From a bacterium (GTDB taxonomy: Bacteria > Patescibacteriota > Patescibacteriia > UBA1558 > S5-K13), in contig JAKPTO010000026.1 in assembly GCA_029555085.1 (NCBI GenBank), forward strand, positions 37,217-101,216: a stretch of DNA of 64,000 nucleotides, in the 5' to 3' direction. The number at the start of each line of letters is the position of its first letter. The stretch's first letter is position 1. The notes below the pieces were generated by a model, which ran no database searches, was not told the origin of the DNA, and saw nothing but the letters and a program-made list of their open reading frames with translations. Position numbers and translations under genes: made by a program. Below, in pieces: positions 20,431 through 29,524 of the stretch.

Positions 20431-20500
20431 ATTTACCCGATATATTCAATACTTTTTATCCGATATATTATTTTTTATACCCGATACGGTTTTTATCCCT
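20431..20500. promoter_or_regulatory. Three to four phased direct repeats TTT(A/T)(A/T)CCCGATA(T/C) in the divergent region between the giant gene and smpB
   Basis: ACCCGATAT at 20435, ATCCGATAT at 20458, ACCCGATAC at 20479 and a degenerate TTTATCCCTTTA at about 20493. Spacing is 21-23 nt. Confidence 0.4.
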
Positions 20501-20759
20501 TTATTTAAAGGACAAAAATCATATGGGATAAATTTTTATAAAATAAGACAAAGCATATAAATTTGACAAATTTTCAATAAAAAAATAATATTTTTCAAAA
20601 CCCAAATAAATTACCTATACAAATATTTATAGAAGTGGAAAACTATATAACCAATTTAGTTTAAAAATTAAATAAAATTACCTGAAAGTTAGAGTGCTTA
20701 CTTTATTATTTTTAACAAAGGCGCTATACTAAAATTATAAATATATCAAAAAATAATAT

Positions 20760-21218
20760 ATGGAAAAATTAATAATTTTGAATAAAAAAATTGACTACGA
20801 ATATGAAATCAAAGAAAAATTTGTAGCTGGATTAGTTTTGTTTGGCGATGAAGTTAAGTCAATAAAAAATTCTTCATTTGACATGAAAGATTCGTATATA
20901 AAAATTTCATCTGAGTCCGAAGTTCTTCTTCTCAATTTTAAAATTTCTCCATACAAAAAATCAAATTTAAACTTATTGAAACACAAACCCAATAGATCCA
21001 TAAAATTACTACTCAAAAAATCTGAAATTAAAAAATTAAATTCTCTTTTAAAAGAAAAATCCTACACTGCCATTCCTAAAAAAATTTTTGTAAAAAACAA
21101 TTTTATAAAAGTTGAAATTGCTGTTGTAAGGGGAAAGAAAAAATATGAAAAAAGAGAATTTATAAAAAATAAAGAAATTAAAAAAGATCTACAAAAAAAT
21201 TATAAACTTCATAGTTAA
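20760..21218 (+). CDS. smpB: SsrA-binding protein SmpB
   Basis: 152 aa. The sequence NKKIDYEYEIKEKFVAGLVLFGDEVKSIK and the basic C-terminal tail are typical of SmpB, and the gene lies next to tmRNA. Confidence 0.9.
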   Translation: MEKLIILNKKIDYEYEIKEKFVAGLVLFGDEVKSIKNSSFDMKDSYIKISSESEVLLLNFKISPYKKSNLNLLKHKPNRSIKLLLKKSEIKKLNSLLKEKSYTAIPKKIFVKNNFIKVEIAVVRGKKKYEKREFIKNKEIKKDLQKNYKLHS

Positions 21219-21450
21219 ATTTTTTAATAAAAAATTTTTAAAAACCATCTTGTACAAATTTTGTGTTCAATTTAAAATGTCTAAAATTATCAAAATTACA
21301 CCCTTAAAATTATCAAATTTCACATAAACAATCTTCTTTAAAATTTCTAAAATACTAAAAAATTATATAAATTAAAAATAAAATTTTTTATATTTTTATA
21401 AAAAATATCCACTCCTAAATAGTACATATAAAATTTATTACATTTGGCGA

Positions 21451-21479
21451 TTGACAGATGATAAAAATTGCTGTATACT
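21451..21479 (+). promoter_or_regulatory. Sigma70-type promoter for the tmRNA precursor
   Basis: TTGACA (21451-21456), a 17-nt spacer, then TATACT (21474-21479), about 40 nt upstream of the mature 5' GGGG. Confidence 0.6.
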
Positions 21480-21521
21480 AATCCTATAAATTATACGCAT
21501 AAAATTGTATAATTTTTTTAT

Positions 21522-21912
21522 GGGGATGTATCAATTTGATGCATAAAAAATTTGTTCTTTGGCAAGTCAAGTTTTGCGAAACTTGTAAAAAACGCTAAAT
21601 CATAAATGTCAAATCATTTATAGAAAAAGTTAAAGTTGCATTTAGTAATCCAGCTTTCAACTTTTCAATTGCTTAATCTTTTTTAAAAATTAAGCCATCC
21701 TCTATCTTCATACTCGATGGGGATTTACGAGGGTGTTATATTTTCGAGTTATACTATGGTAATTTCCATGTGCCATAGTGAAAACTTATGGAATATATAA
21801 ATAATATTTTTCTTATTTATAGTTATTTATAGAATTTTAAAAATAAGATAAACTTGTAGATAAAGAATGAATTGTTAGGCAGACAGGGGTTCAAATCCCC
21901 TCATCTCCACCA
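21522..21912 (+). ncRNA. ssrA: tmRNA (SsrA), standard one-piece form
   Basis: The 5' GGGGATG pairs with the 3' CATCTCC-ACCA, including a G3-U70 wobble (alanine identity element). The T-arm GGGGTTCAAATCCCC lies just before the acceptor 3' strand. A candidate tag ORF runs from GCA at 21638 to TAA at 21674-21676. Confidence 0.9.
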
Positions 21913-22026
21913 TAATTTATTATTACCCAAATCTTTGATATAATAAATATGGTTTAATAATTAACCAAAAAACATATAAACAAATTTTTAAACAATAGAA
22001 ATACTAATAATTCTAAAAAATATAGA

Positions 22027-22509
22027 ATTAATAACCAAATAAGTATAGACAAGGTGTTTGTGATAGGTTCTAATGGTGAAAAATTGGGAATCATGGACAC
22101 GCATTCCGCTATTACAAAAGCAAAAGAATCAGGACTTGATCTAGTTGAAGTTTCTCCAAATGCTAATCCTCCGGTATGTAAAATAGTTGATTTCGGACAA
22201 TTTCAATACAGTAGATCAAAAAAACAAAAAACCAACAAGCCAAAAAAGGTTGAAATAAAAGGAATAAGATTGTCTCTAACCATAGGAAAACATGATTTAG
22301 AGGTAAAAAGAAATCAGGCAAAAAAATTTCTATCACAAAAAGATAAGGTTCGTATAGAATTAATGTTAAGAGGTAGAGAAAGGCAGCATGTAAATAAAGC
22401 AAAAGATGTAGTAAATGAATTTTTATCGGAAATAATAGATGATATATCCATAGAACAAGATATGCGCTATATGTCTGGAAAACTATCAATGATTATAAAA
22501 TCTAAATAA
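22027..22509 (+). CDS. infC: Translation initiation factor IF-3, probably with a non-canonical start
   Basis: The track ORF starts at GTG 22054. The conserved IF-3 N-terminal block (YRINNQISIDKVFVIGSNGEKLGI) extends upstream in the same frame, which is open from 21961. That stretch has no ATG, GTG or TTG, only ATT (22027) and ATA (21976). Confidence 0.88.
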   Translation: MNNQISIDKVFVIGSNGEKLGIMDTHSAITKAKESGLDLVEVSPNANPPVCKIVDFGQFQYSRSKKQKTNKPKKVEIKGIRLSLTIGKHDLEVKRNQAKKFLSQKDKVRIELMLRGRERQHVNKAKDVVNEFLSEIIDDISIEQDMRYMSGKLSMIIKSK

Positions 22510-22595
22510 GTAAATTGAAAAAATATAAAGTTAAATACCTACAATAGAACAGGAAAATTATAAATATTGACATAAGCATTTTAAAACTAAAATAT

Positions 22596-22781
22596 ATGCC
22601 AAAATTAAAGACATACAAAACATTATCAAAACGAATAAGAATTACAAAAAACGGTAAAGTCATAAGAAGGAGTAAATCACAGGATCATTTTAATACTAGA
22701 GAAACTGGAAAGACAAAAAGAAATAAAAGGAAAGATGTAAAAGTCTCGGATGTTTATTCAAAAAACATAAGTAAATTATAA
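22596..22781 (+). CDS. rpmI: 50S ribosomal protein L35
   Basis: 61 aa starting MPKLKTYKTLSKRIRITKNGKVIRR. Confidence 0.93.
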   Translation: MPKLKTYKTLSKRIRITKNGKVIRRSKSQDHFNTRETGKTKRNKRKDVKVSDVYSKNISKL

Positions 22782-22823
22782 TACTTAAGCATTGTTTTAG
22801 TGCTTAATTAGGAAATAAATTAT

Positions 22824-23171
22824 ATGCCAAGAGTAAAAAGAGGTGTTACACATCTTAAAAAAAGAAAAAAAATATTGAAAAAAGCTAAGGGTTATAAATG
22901 GGGAAGAAAATCCACAATAAGAGCAGCAAAAACAGCTGTTAAAAAGGCCGGGCAACATGCGCTTCATGATAGAAGAAAGAAAAAGGGCGTTATGAGATCC
23001 TTGTGGACAACAAAACTCAACGCAGCGCTTAGAAAATATGAAATATCATATAGCAAATTTATAGACATGCTAAAAAAGCAGAACATAGAATTAGATAGAA
23101 AAATACTTGCTGAAATAGCAGAAAAAAATCCAGAAATATTTGAAAAAATAGTAAAATCTATTCAGAAATAA
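22824..23171 (+). CDS. rplT: 50S ribosomal protein L20
   Basis: 115 aa starting MPRVKRGVTHLKKRKKILKKAKGY, in the infC-rpmI-rplT order. Confidence 0.95.
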   Translation: MPRVKRGVTHLKKRKKILKKAKGYKWGRKSTIRAAKTAVKKAGQHALHDRRKKKGVMRSLWTTKLNAALRKYEISYSKFIDMLKKQNIELDRKILAEIAEKNPEIFEKIVKSIQK

Positions 23172-23195
23172 GAAAAACCTTTGGGTTTTTCTGTT

Positions 23196-23272
23196 GGAGC
23201 GGTAGTTCAGTTGGTTAGAACGCCTGCCTGTCACGCAGGAGGTCGAGGGTTCGAGTCCCTTCCGTTCCGCCA
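23196..23272 (+). tRNA. tRNA-Asp (GUC), CCA encoded
   Basis: Acceptor GGAGCGG / CCGTTCC, anticodon stem CCTGC / GCAGG with loop CTGTCAC (anticodon GTC), T-arm GAGGGTTCGAGTCCCTT, and 3' GCCA. Confidence 0.93.
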
Positions 23273-23442
23273 GAAAAATCTAAATATATAAAATAAATAC
23301 TCTATCAAATGTAGGGTTTTTATTTTTTACAAAAAGGGACGAGAAGTTTATCCCGCCGTATGGCGGGAAGTCCCTTCCGTTCCGCCAGAAGAATCTAAAT
23401 ATATAAAATAAATACTCTATCAAATGTAGGGTTTTTATTTTT
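23254..23442 (+). repeat. Direct duplication (74 nt, one mismatch, 115-nt period) of the tRNA-Asp 3' end plus 55 nt of downstream flank
   Basis: 23254-23327 matches 23369-23442, with a single mismatch at 23276/23391. The 41-nt spacer contains the hairpin TCCCGCC-GTAT-GGCGGGA (23351-23368). Confidence 0.85.
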
Positions 23443-23649
23443 ATACAGATATTGCAAAACACATACCTTTATTTGACTCAAAGCGTTAATATGTTAAAAT
23501 AAACAATTAAATATTAAATGTTATATTATTTATTGTGAGAATAAACCAATAACAAATACAAATATCTTTAAAATAAAAAAACCTGTTAAAAAAGCAATAG
23601 AATTGATATAATTTATAAATAAAATAATAAAATACTAAATAAAAACTAT

Positions 23650-25335
23650 ATGACAAAAAAGAAGAAAACAATATTTATAATATTCTCTATTATTATACTT
23701 ATAATAGTATCTAGTTTTATTTTTAAAAAACCAAACACGACTTATACTACTGAAAAAGTACAAAGAAAAGACCTAAAACAAACTGTTAGTGAAACTGGGA
23801 CTATTAAATCCTCTGACGAAATAGAACTAAATTTTCAAAATACTGGAAAAATAACAAAAATCCTTGTAAATGTTAATGATAAAGTAAAAGAAAATCAAAT
23901 CTTAGCAGAATTAGATCATAGAAGCTTAGATATATCTGCAAAAAATGCAATCGCAAGCTTAGATATAGCAAAAGCTAATTTAAATAAACTAGTATCTGGC
24001 GCAACCCAACATGAAATAAATACACAACAAATTGCTGTTAATAAAGCTGAAACAGAATACAAATCTGCTTTAAATGAATTAGAAGAAGCCAAGGCAAGTA
24101 TAATAAAAACCTCTAAACAAGCAGAAACAGATGCTCTAATTTCAATTGATACAAATATTTCAAAAGCGCAAATAGCTGTCGATAATATCAACACAATTTT
24201 AAATGATAATGATGCTCAATATCTCTTGGGTGTTAAAAATTCATCAATACTTTATCAGACAAAAAATTCCTACAATGATGCAAAACTACTAATTTCAAAT
24301 GCTAAATCCTCTATCAATACAGCAAAAAATACTAAAACTAGAAATGATATAAAGCTAGCCATAAATAAAACAATCGAAGCTTTGGATTCAACATTTAGCG
24401 CATTAACAAATTCTTATCAAATGCTTGAAGATTCAATTATTTCCTATCAATTCACACAAGCAAAGTTGGATTCCTATAAATCTATAATTAGCACTCAACA
24501 AATAACCATATCCAATGCTCTATCCTCTGTTAAAAATTCGTTAAATATATTAAACAACACAGAACTAAGTAGCGACGGACTAACTATTTCAGGAAGTCAA
24601 ACAATTGCAACAGCTCAATCGAGAGTTGATTCTTCTTACCAAGCTTTTCAATTAATAAAAGCTCAACTTGATGAATTAAAAGCTCCTGCAAGAAGTCAAG
24701 ATGTTATTTTATATCAAGCACAGGTAAGGCAAGCTGAGGCCAATCTAGAATCCATACAAAATCAAATTGAATACAATATAATAAGAGCGCCAATTAATGG
24801 AACAATAACTCAAATTGAATATAAAAAAGGAGAACAATTTTTAGCTACAAAACCAGCAATAAAAATGCTATCTGAAAATAAATTAGAAATAGAAGTCGAT
24901 ATTTCAGAGTCAGATATTACAAAAATAAAAATTAATGATCCAACTGAAATAACCCTAGACGCTCTAACATCTGAAGAAAAACTATACGGAAAAGTTTATA
25001 ATATAGACCCAGCTGAAACAACAATTCAAGATGTAATTTACTATAAAACCAAAATCAGCTTTGATATTCCAGAAGAATTAGTGGAGAATATAAAACCTGG
25101 AATGACAGCAAATGTAATAATTACAACAAAAAATAAAGCAAATGTGCTAGTTATTCCATCTCGCGCTGTTATAGAGAAAAATGGGGATGGAAAATTTGTA
25201 AAAATATTAGAAAATAAAAAAGAAAAGGAAGTATCTGTAAAAACAGGAATATATGGCGATGATGGAATGGTAGAAATTTTATCAGGACTAAAAGAAGGAC
25301 AAGGAATAATAACTTCAACAAACACAAAAAAATAA
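23650..25335 (+). CDS. HlyD/MacA-type membrane fusion (periplasmic adaptor) protein
   Basis: 561 aa with an N-terminal TM helix, a very long coiled-coil region, and the barrel-sandwich motif IRAPINGTITQIEYKKGEQ. Confidence 0.8.
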   Translation: MTKKKKTIFIIFSIIILIIVSSFIFKKPNTTYTTEKVQRKDLKQTVSETGTIKSSDEIELNFQNTGKITKILVNVNDKVKENQILAELDHRSLDISAKNAIASLDIAKANLNKLVSGATQHEINTQQIAVNKAETEYKSALNELEEAKASIIKTSKQAETDALISIDTNISKAQIAVDNINTILNDNDAQYLLGVKNSSILYQTKNSYNDAKLLISNAKSSINTAKNTKTRNDIKLAINKTIEALDSTFSALTNSYQMLEDSIISYQFTQAKLDSYKSIISTQQITISNALSSVKNSLNILNNTELSSDGLTISGSQTIATAQSRVDSSYQAFQLIKAQLDELKAPARSQDVILYQAQVRQAEANLESIQNQIEYNIIRAPINGTITQIEYKKGEQFLATKPAIKMLSENKLEIEVDISESDITKIKINDPTEITLDALTSEEKLYGKVYNIDPAETTIQDVIYYKTKISFDIPEELVENIKPGMTANVIITTKNKANVLVIPSRAVIEKNGDGKFVKILENKKEKEVSVKTGIYGDDGMVEILSGLKEGQGIITSTNTKK

Positions 25336-26048
25336 TGCTTATACAAATCAAAGATATAAAAAAAGAATATTCTAATGATGAAGTAGTAACTGAGATACTT
25401 CACGGATTATCTTTTGAAATTAAAAAAGGTGAATTTGTTTCCATTATGGGTCCATCTGGATCTGGTAAATCAACACTCATGCATATTTTAGGACTTCTGG
25501 ATAGACCTACAACTGGAACATATTTTTTTGAAAATCAAGATGTTTTAAAATTAACTGATGATGAATTGGCAAATTTGAGAAACAAAAAAATAGGATTTGT
25601 TTTTCAAGCTTTTCATTTACTACCAAAAACACAAGTAATAGATAATGTGATGCTTCCACTCATATACTCTGAAGAAAAAACAAATCACAATGAAAAAGCA
25701 AAACAAGTACTAGAAAGTGTTGGACTATCACACAGAATGTATCACTACACGAATCAAATTTCTGGTGGAGAAAAGCAAAGAGTCGCTATCGCAAGAGCTC
25801 TTGTAAACAATCCCGATGTTATTTTTGCTGATGAACCAACTGGAAACTTGGACTCAAAATCAGGAAAGCAAATTATGGAAATTCTACAAGATTTAAATGA
25901 CAAGGGCCATACCATTATTCTCGTAACTCATGAAACATACACCGCGGAACACGCTCATAGAATTATAAAAATTGTAGATGGACTCATAACTGAAGATTAT
26001 AAAGTTTCCAATAGGCGCTTAGCAAAAAACGAAAACGGCATAAAATAA
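25335..26048 (+). CDS. ABC transporter ATP-binding protein (MacB/LolD family)
   Basis: Walker A GPSGSGKST, signature ISGGEKQRVAIARAL, Walker B VIFADEPTGNLD. Confidence 0.93.
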   Translation: MLIQIKDIKKEYSNDEVVTEILHGLSFEIKKGEFVSIMGPSGSGKSTLMHILGLLDRPTTGTYFFENQDVLKLTDDELANLRNKKIGFVFQAFHLLPKTQVIDNVMLPLIYSEEKTNHNEKAKQVLESVGLSHRMYHYTNQISGGEKQRVAIARALVNNPDVIFADEPTGNLDSKSGKQIMEILQDLNDKGHTIILVTHETYTAEHAHRIIKIVDGLITEDYKVSNRRLAKNENGIK

Positions 26049-26049
26049 T

Positions 26050-27303
26050 ATGTTTAATTTTCTAAAACAATGCGCCAAACTAGCTATTAATTCACTTCTA
26101 GCTAATAAGACAAGAAGTTTTTTGACTATGCTTGGAATTATAATTGGGGTGTCTGCCGTTATAATTATTACTTCAATTGGAAGCGGTGCTCAAGATTTAA
26201 TTCTCTCTGAAATTAAAATACTTGGAACTGATACTATAAGCATTATGCCTGGCAAAGCAGAAGAAAATGGACCACCAGCTTCTGTCATGGGGATAATAAT
26301 TACAACCCTAACATACGAAGATGCAAAGGCGCTTCTCGAGAAAAAAAATTCTCAGCACATTATTAATGTTGCTGCTTACTCAAACACAAATGCGAATGTT
26401 TCCTGGGGTTCCCAGAGTTCAAACTTTGATATAATAGGAACAAATGTAGGTCACTTAACAATGAATAATTTTAATGTCGAAAGTGGGAGATTTTTTACAA
26501 TCGACGAGGAGAGTAATTTGGCAAAAATAGCAGTTTTGGGTAGTCAAGCGAAAGAAGATTTATTTGGGGATTCTGATGCTATAGGAGAAAAAATAAAAAT
26601 TAAAAAACAGGTCTTTGAGGTAATAGGGATACTAGAAGAAAAAGGAACAGTTGCTTTTCAAAATTATGATGACAAAATTTTTATTCCTATAAAAACAATG
26701 CAAAAATTAATTGTTTCCTCAGATGCTGTTGGGATTATAAGAGCAAAAGTAGACAACGAGAAAAATCTTCCTCTTGCTATAAAAGATGCTGAAACTACAC
26801 TTCGCGAAAGACATGATATAAGAGATAATTCTGGAGAGGATGATGATTTTACTGTTAGTAGTCCCGCAGAAGCACTTGAGGCGATTGAAACTGTTACGGG
26901 TGCTTTAAAATTTTTCTTAGCTGCGATGGGGGCAATTTCACTTATTGTGGGTGGAATTGGAATTATGAATATAATGCTTGTAAATGTCAGCGAACGCACA
27001 AATGAAATAGGTCTTAGAAAAGCAATCGGAGCAAAAAATAACAATATCTTAGTTCAATTTTTAATAGAATCAACAATAATAACACTTTCTGGTGGAATTA
27101 TAGGAATAATATTTGGGATACTTGTTTCTCTGCTTGTTAGTGTTATTGCTCAAGCACTAGATTATAATTGGGGATTCCATGTTTCAATGCTCTCAATAAT
27201 TATGGGAATTATTGTTTCAAGCTCTATAGGAATAATTTTTGGACTATACCCAGCGAAAAAAGCTAGTAAACTTGATCCAATAGAAGCATTAAGATATGAA
27301 TAA
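26050..27303 (+). CDS. ABC transporter permease (MacB-PCD plus FtsX domain)
   Basis: 417 aa with an N-terminal TM helix, a large extracytoplasmic domain, and a C-terminal FtsX bundle (GGIGIMNIMLVNVSERTNEIGLRKAIGA). Confidence 0.88.
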   Translation: MFNFLKQCAKLAINSLLANKTRSFLTMLGIIIGVSAVIIITSIGSGAQDLILSEIKILGTDTISIMPGKAEENGPPASVMGIIITTLTYEDAKALLEKKNSQHIINVAAYSNTNANVSWGSQSSNFDIIGTNVGHLTMNNFNVESGRFFTIDEESNLAKIAVLGSQAKEDLFGDSDAIGEKIKIKKQVFEVIGILEEKGTVAFQNYDDKIFIPIKTMQKLIVSSDAVGIIRAKVDNEKNLPLAIKDAETTLRERHDIRDNSGEDDDFTVSSPAEALEAIETVTGALKFFLAAMGAISLIVGGIGIMNIMLVNVSERTNEIGLRKAIGAKNNNILVQFLIESTIITLSGGIIGIIFGILVSLLVSVIAQALDYNWGFHVSMLSIIMGIIVSSSIGIIFGLYPAKKASKLDPIEALRYE

Positions 27304-28582
27304 TATGATAAGAATAAAAAATTCAATAAAACTCGCTATTAATTCAATGAAAACAAATAAGGGAAGAACTCTTCTTACTATTTTAGGTATGGTAATTGGT
27401 GTAATGAGTATTGTTGTGGTTTTTTCAGCTGGAGAGGGATTAAAGAAATTAATCATAAAACAAATTGAATCCTTCGGTACTGATATTATTGAAATTGAAA
27501 CAAGAATCCCTGTGGGGAAAAATAAAATGGGCAATGAATCACATGAATCAGCCATGAGTATGGCTCAAGGAGTTCGAATAACAACACTAACATTAAAAGA
27601 TGTAGAAGATATAAAAAAAATACCAAATATAGATGGCGGTTATGGTGCGTTAATGGGGCAAGAACTCGCAACCTATGGTAGTAAAAGAAAAAAAGCGTCT
27701 CTTTTTGGAGTTAGTGCTGATTTTATAAACATTGATAAAAGTGAAATAAATAAAGGTAGATTTTTTACCAATGCAGAAGATGAGTCGCTCACAAAGGTTG
27801 TAGTACTAGGCGCTGGAATAAAAGAAGATTTGTTTGGTGACTCAGATGCAATAGGAAATTATATAAATTTAGGAAAATCAAAATACAGAGTAATTGGAAT
27901 AATGAAAGAAAAAGGAGCTGCCATGGGAATGGACTTTAACAGATATATATATCTTCCCGTGCAAACTCTTCAAAAAAAAATCATGGGGATAGATTATTTA
28001 ATGTATACTATATATAAATTAAAAAACTCTGAAATCACAGATGAAACAGTAAAAGAAGTAAAAATTATCTTAAGAGAAAATCATGATATAAATAATCCCG
28101 ACGATATAGTGGGTGTAGATGATTTTACTGTTGTAACAATGGAAGAAATGATGAAAACCGTCAATAGTATTACAAAATATGTAACCGGCTTACTTCTTGC
28201 AATAGTAATAGTTTCTCTTGTGGTTGGTGGTGTGGGGATTATGAATATAATGTATGTAATAATAAGCGAAAGGACATTTGAAATTGGCCTTAGAAAAGCA
28301 CTAGGAGCAAAAAATAAAGATATTATGTGGCAATTTCTCATGGAAGCAATAATAATATCAATTCTAGGGGCAATTTTAGGTATTATTCTAGGTATTCTAC
28401 TATCACTACTTATAACTTTTGCTGCAAATGCTTATGGTCTTTCCTCGAGTTTTAAAATACCCATTTACGCTCTTTTCATATCTCTAATATTTGCGGTTTC
28501 CACTGGTCTTTTATTTGGTGTTTTTCCTGCAAAAAAAGCTGCGGAACTTAATCCAATAACAGCTCTTAGAAATAAAAATTAA
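27296..28582 (+). CDS. Second ABC transporter permease (MacB-PCD plus FtsX domain), paralogue of the previous gene
   Basis: 428 aa with the same architecture (GGVGIMNIMYVIISERTFEIGLRKALGA). It overlaps the previous gene by 8 nt. Confidence 0.88.
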   Translation: MNNMIRIKNSIKLAINSMKTNKGRTLLTILGMVIGVMSIVVVFSAGEGLKKLIIKQIESFGTDIIEIETRIPVGKNKMGNESHESAMSMAQGVRITTLTLKDVEDIKKIPNIDGGYGALMGQELATYGSKRKKASLFGVSADFINIDKSEINKGRFFTNAEDESLTKVVVLGAGIKEDLFGDSDAIGNYINLGKSKYRVIGIMKEKGAAMGMDFNRYIYLPVQTLQKKIMGIDYLMYTIYKLKNSEITDETVKEVKIILRENHDINNPDDIVGVDDFTVVTMEEMMKTVNSITKYVTGLLLAIVIVSLVVGGVGIMNIMYVIISERTFEIGLRKALGAKNKDIMWQFLMEAIIISILGAILGIILGILLSLLITFAANAYGLSSSFKIPIYALFISLIFAVSTGLLFGVFPAKKAAELNPITALRNKN

Positions 28583-28611
28583 CCTATGGGCAAGCTCGAA
28601 GGTTGAAAAAA

Positions 28612-29508
28612 TTATTTATACATTTCATCAACCCATTCACCAATTTTTACAACTGCATCTTCACTGTCACTTCTTTTATAAACCGACAAAACCGCAACAC
28701 AAATTTTCTTTTTCATGGGAGTTATATAACCAGCTGTAACATGAAATCTTGTTTCATTCAAAAAACCAGTTTTAGCTCCAAAATAATTCTGGGGATTATT
28801 TCTTAAATCATATACAGTGTGTTTTAAATTTATTTGTCTCCCCTCTCTTGTTGTGAAAGTATATTGTGGCTTGGAAGAATACTCGCTTATGTTTTCATTT
28901 GAAAATGCATGACATGTTACTATTGCCATGTCGCGAGCACTTGTTAAATTTTTCATTGACAATCCCGATGGATCGTCAATTAATGTTTTTGTAAGTCCCC
29001 ACTCGCTTGCAATTTTTCCCATATTTTCTAAAAATTGAGTTTTTGAAATTTCTGTAATTTTTGATAATTTATTTGCAGAATTATTTGCTGAAGCAATTAA
29101 AGTCGAAGCAAAAATATCTTTTATTTTTATTCTTTCTGTTGATTTTAATTTCAGAGTTACAAAAGAATCCCTTGGTCCAACATATTGCCTAAGATCTCCT
29201 TCGCTGTCTTGCCATGTTAAATTATAAGTTTTATTCCATAATGGAAAATGTTTTACAAACTCACTTGCGGTTATTAATTTCATCAAACTTGCGCTTGGCA
29301 TCTGACGCTCTTCTTGATGAAAATATAGCGGTTTCAAAGTTTCATATTCTATAACAGCTGCAGAAATATATGGAACATCTTTTCCGGTTTTCTCTTTATA
29401 CCAATTTGTAAAATCAACATAATTATCTTTTTTCTCTAAAGCAAAACAATTTGCAGGAATTGCAACTATTAAAATAAATAAAAAAATGATTAAAAATTTA
29501 TTTCGCAT
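28612..29508 (-). CDS. D-alanyl-D-alanine carboxypeptidase (serine peptidase S11 / PBP5-like)
   Basis: 298 aa with a signal/anchor sequence, SxxK (SASLMK), SxN (ASANNS) and KTG (AKTGFL) motifs. Confidence 0.85.
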   Translation of the reverse strand: MRNKFLIIFLFILIVAIPANCFALEKKDNYVDFTNWYKEKTGKDVPYISAAVIEYETLKPLYFHQEERQMPSASLMKLITASEFVKHFPLWNKTYNLTWQDSEGDLRQYVGPRDSFVTLKLKSTERIKIKDIFASTLIASANNSANKLSKITEISKTQFLENMGKIASEWGLTKTLIDDPSGLSMKNLTSARDMAIVTCHAFSNENISEYSSKPQYTFTTREGRQINLKHTVYDLRNNPQNYFGAKTGFLNETRFHVTAGYITPMKKKICVAVLSVYKRSDSEDAVVKIGEWVDEMYK

Positions 29509-29524
29509 AAAACAATTATATCAC
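29506..29524 (-). promoter_or_regulatory. Extended -10 promoter placed for a leaderless mRNA of the carboxypeptidase gene
   Basis: Minus strand reads GTGATATAAT-TGTTTT-ATG. This is a TGnTATAAT box with only 6 nt between the -10 element and the start codon. Confidence 0.45.

Noticed and set aside
23280-23462. 60-aa minus-strand ORF downstream of tRNA-Asp.
   Set aside because: It spans both copies of the tRNA-flank duplication. The repeated peptide is an artefact of the DNA repeat, and there is no start context or motif.
23196-23650. Integrated mobile element at tRNA-Asp, with the duplicated 3' end as attL/attR.
   Set aside because: Only 41 nt separate the repeats. No integrase or cargo is present, and the repeat extends 55 nt past the tRNA. 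I kept it as a duplication/scar finding and did not call a mobile element.
28603-28806. 67-aa plus-strand ORF at the 3' end of the ABC operon. The same class includes antisense ORFs 23916-24194, 25041-25403, 26664-27044, 27289-27555 and 28081-28341.
   Set aside because: They overlap well-supported genes on the opposite strand and have no motifs.
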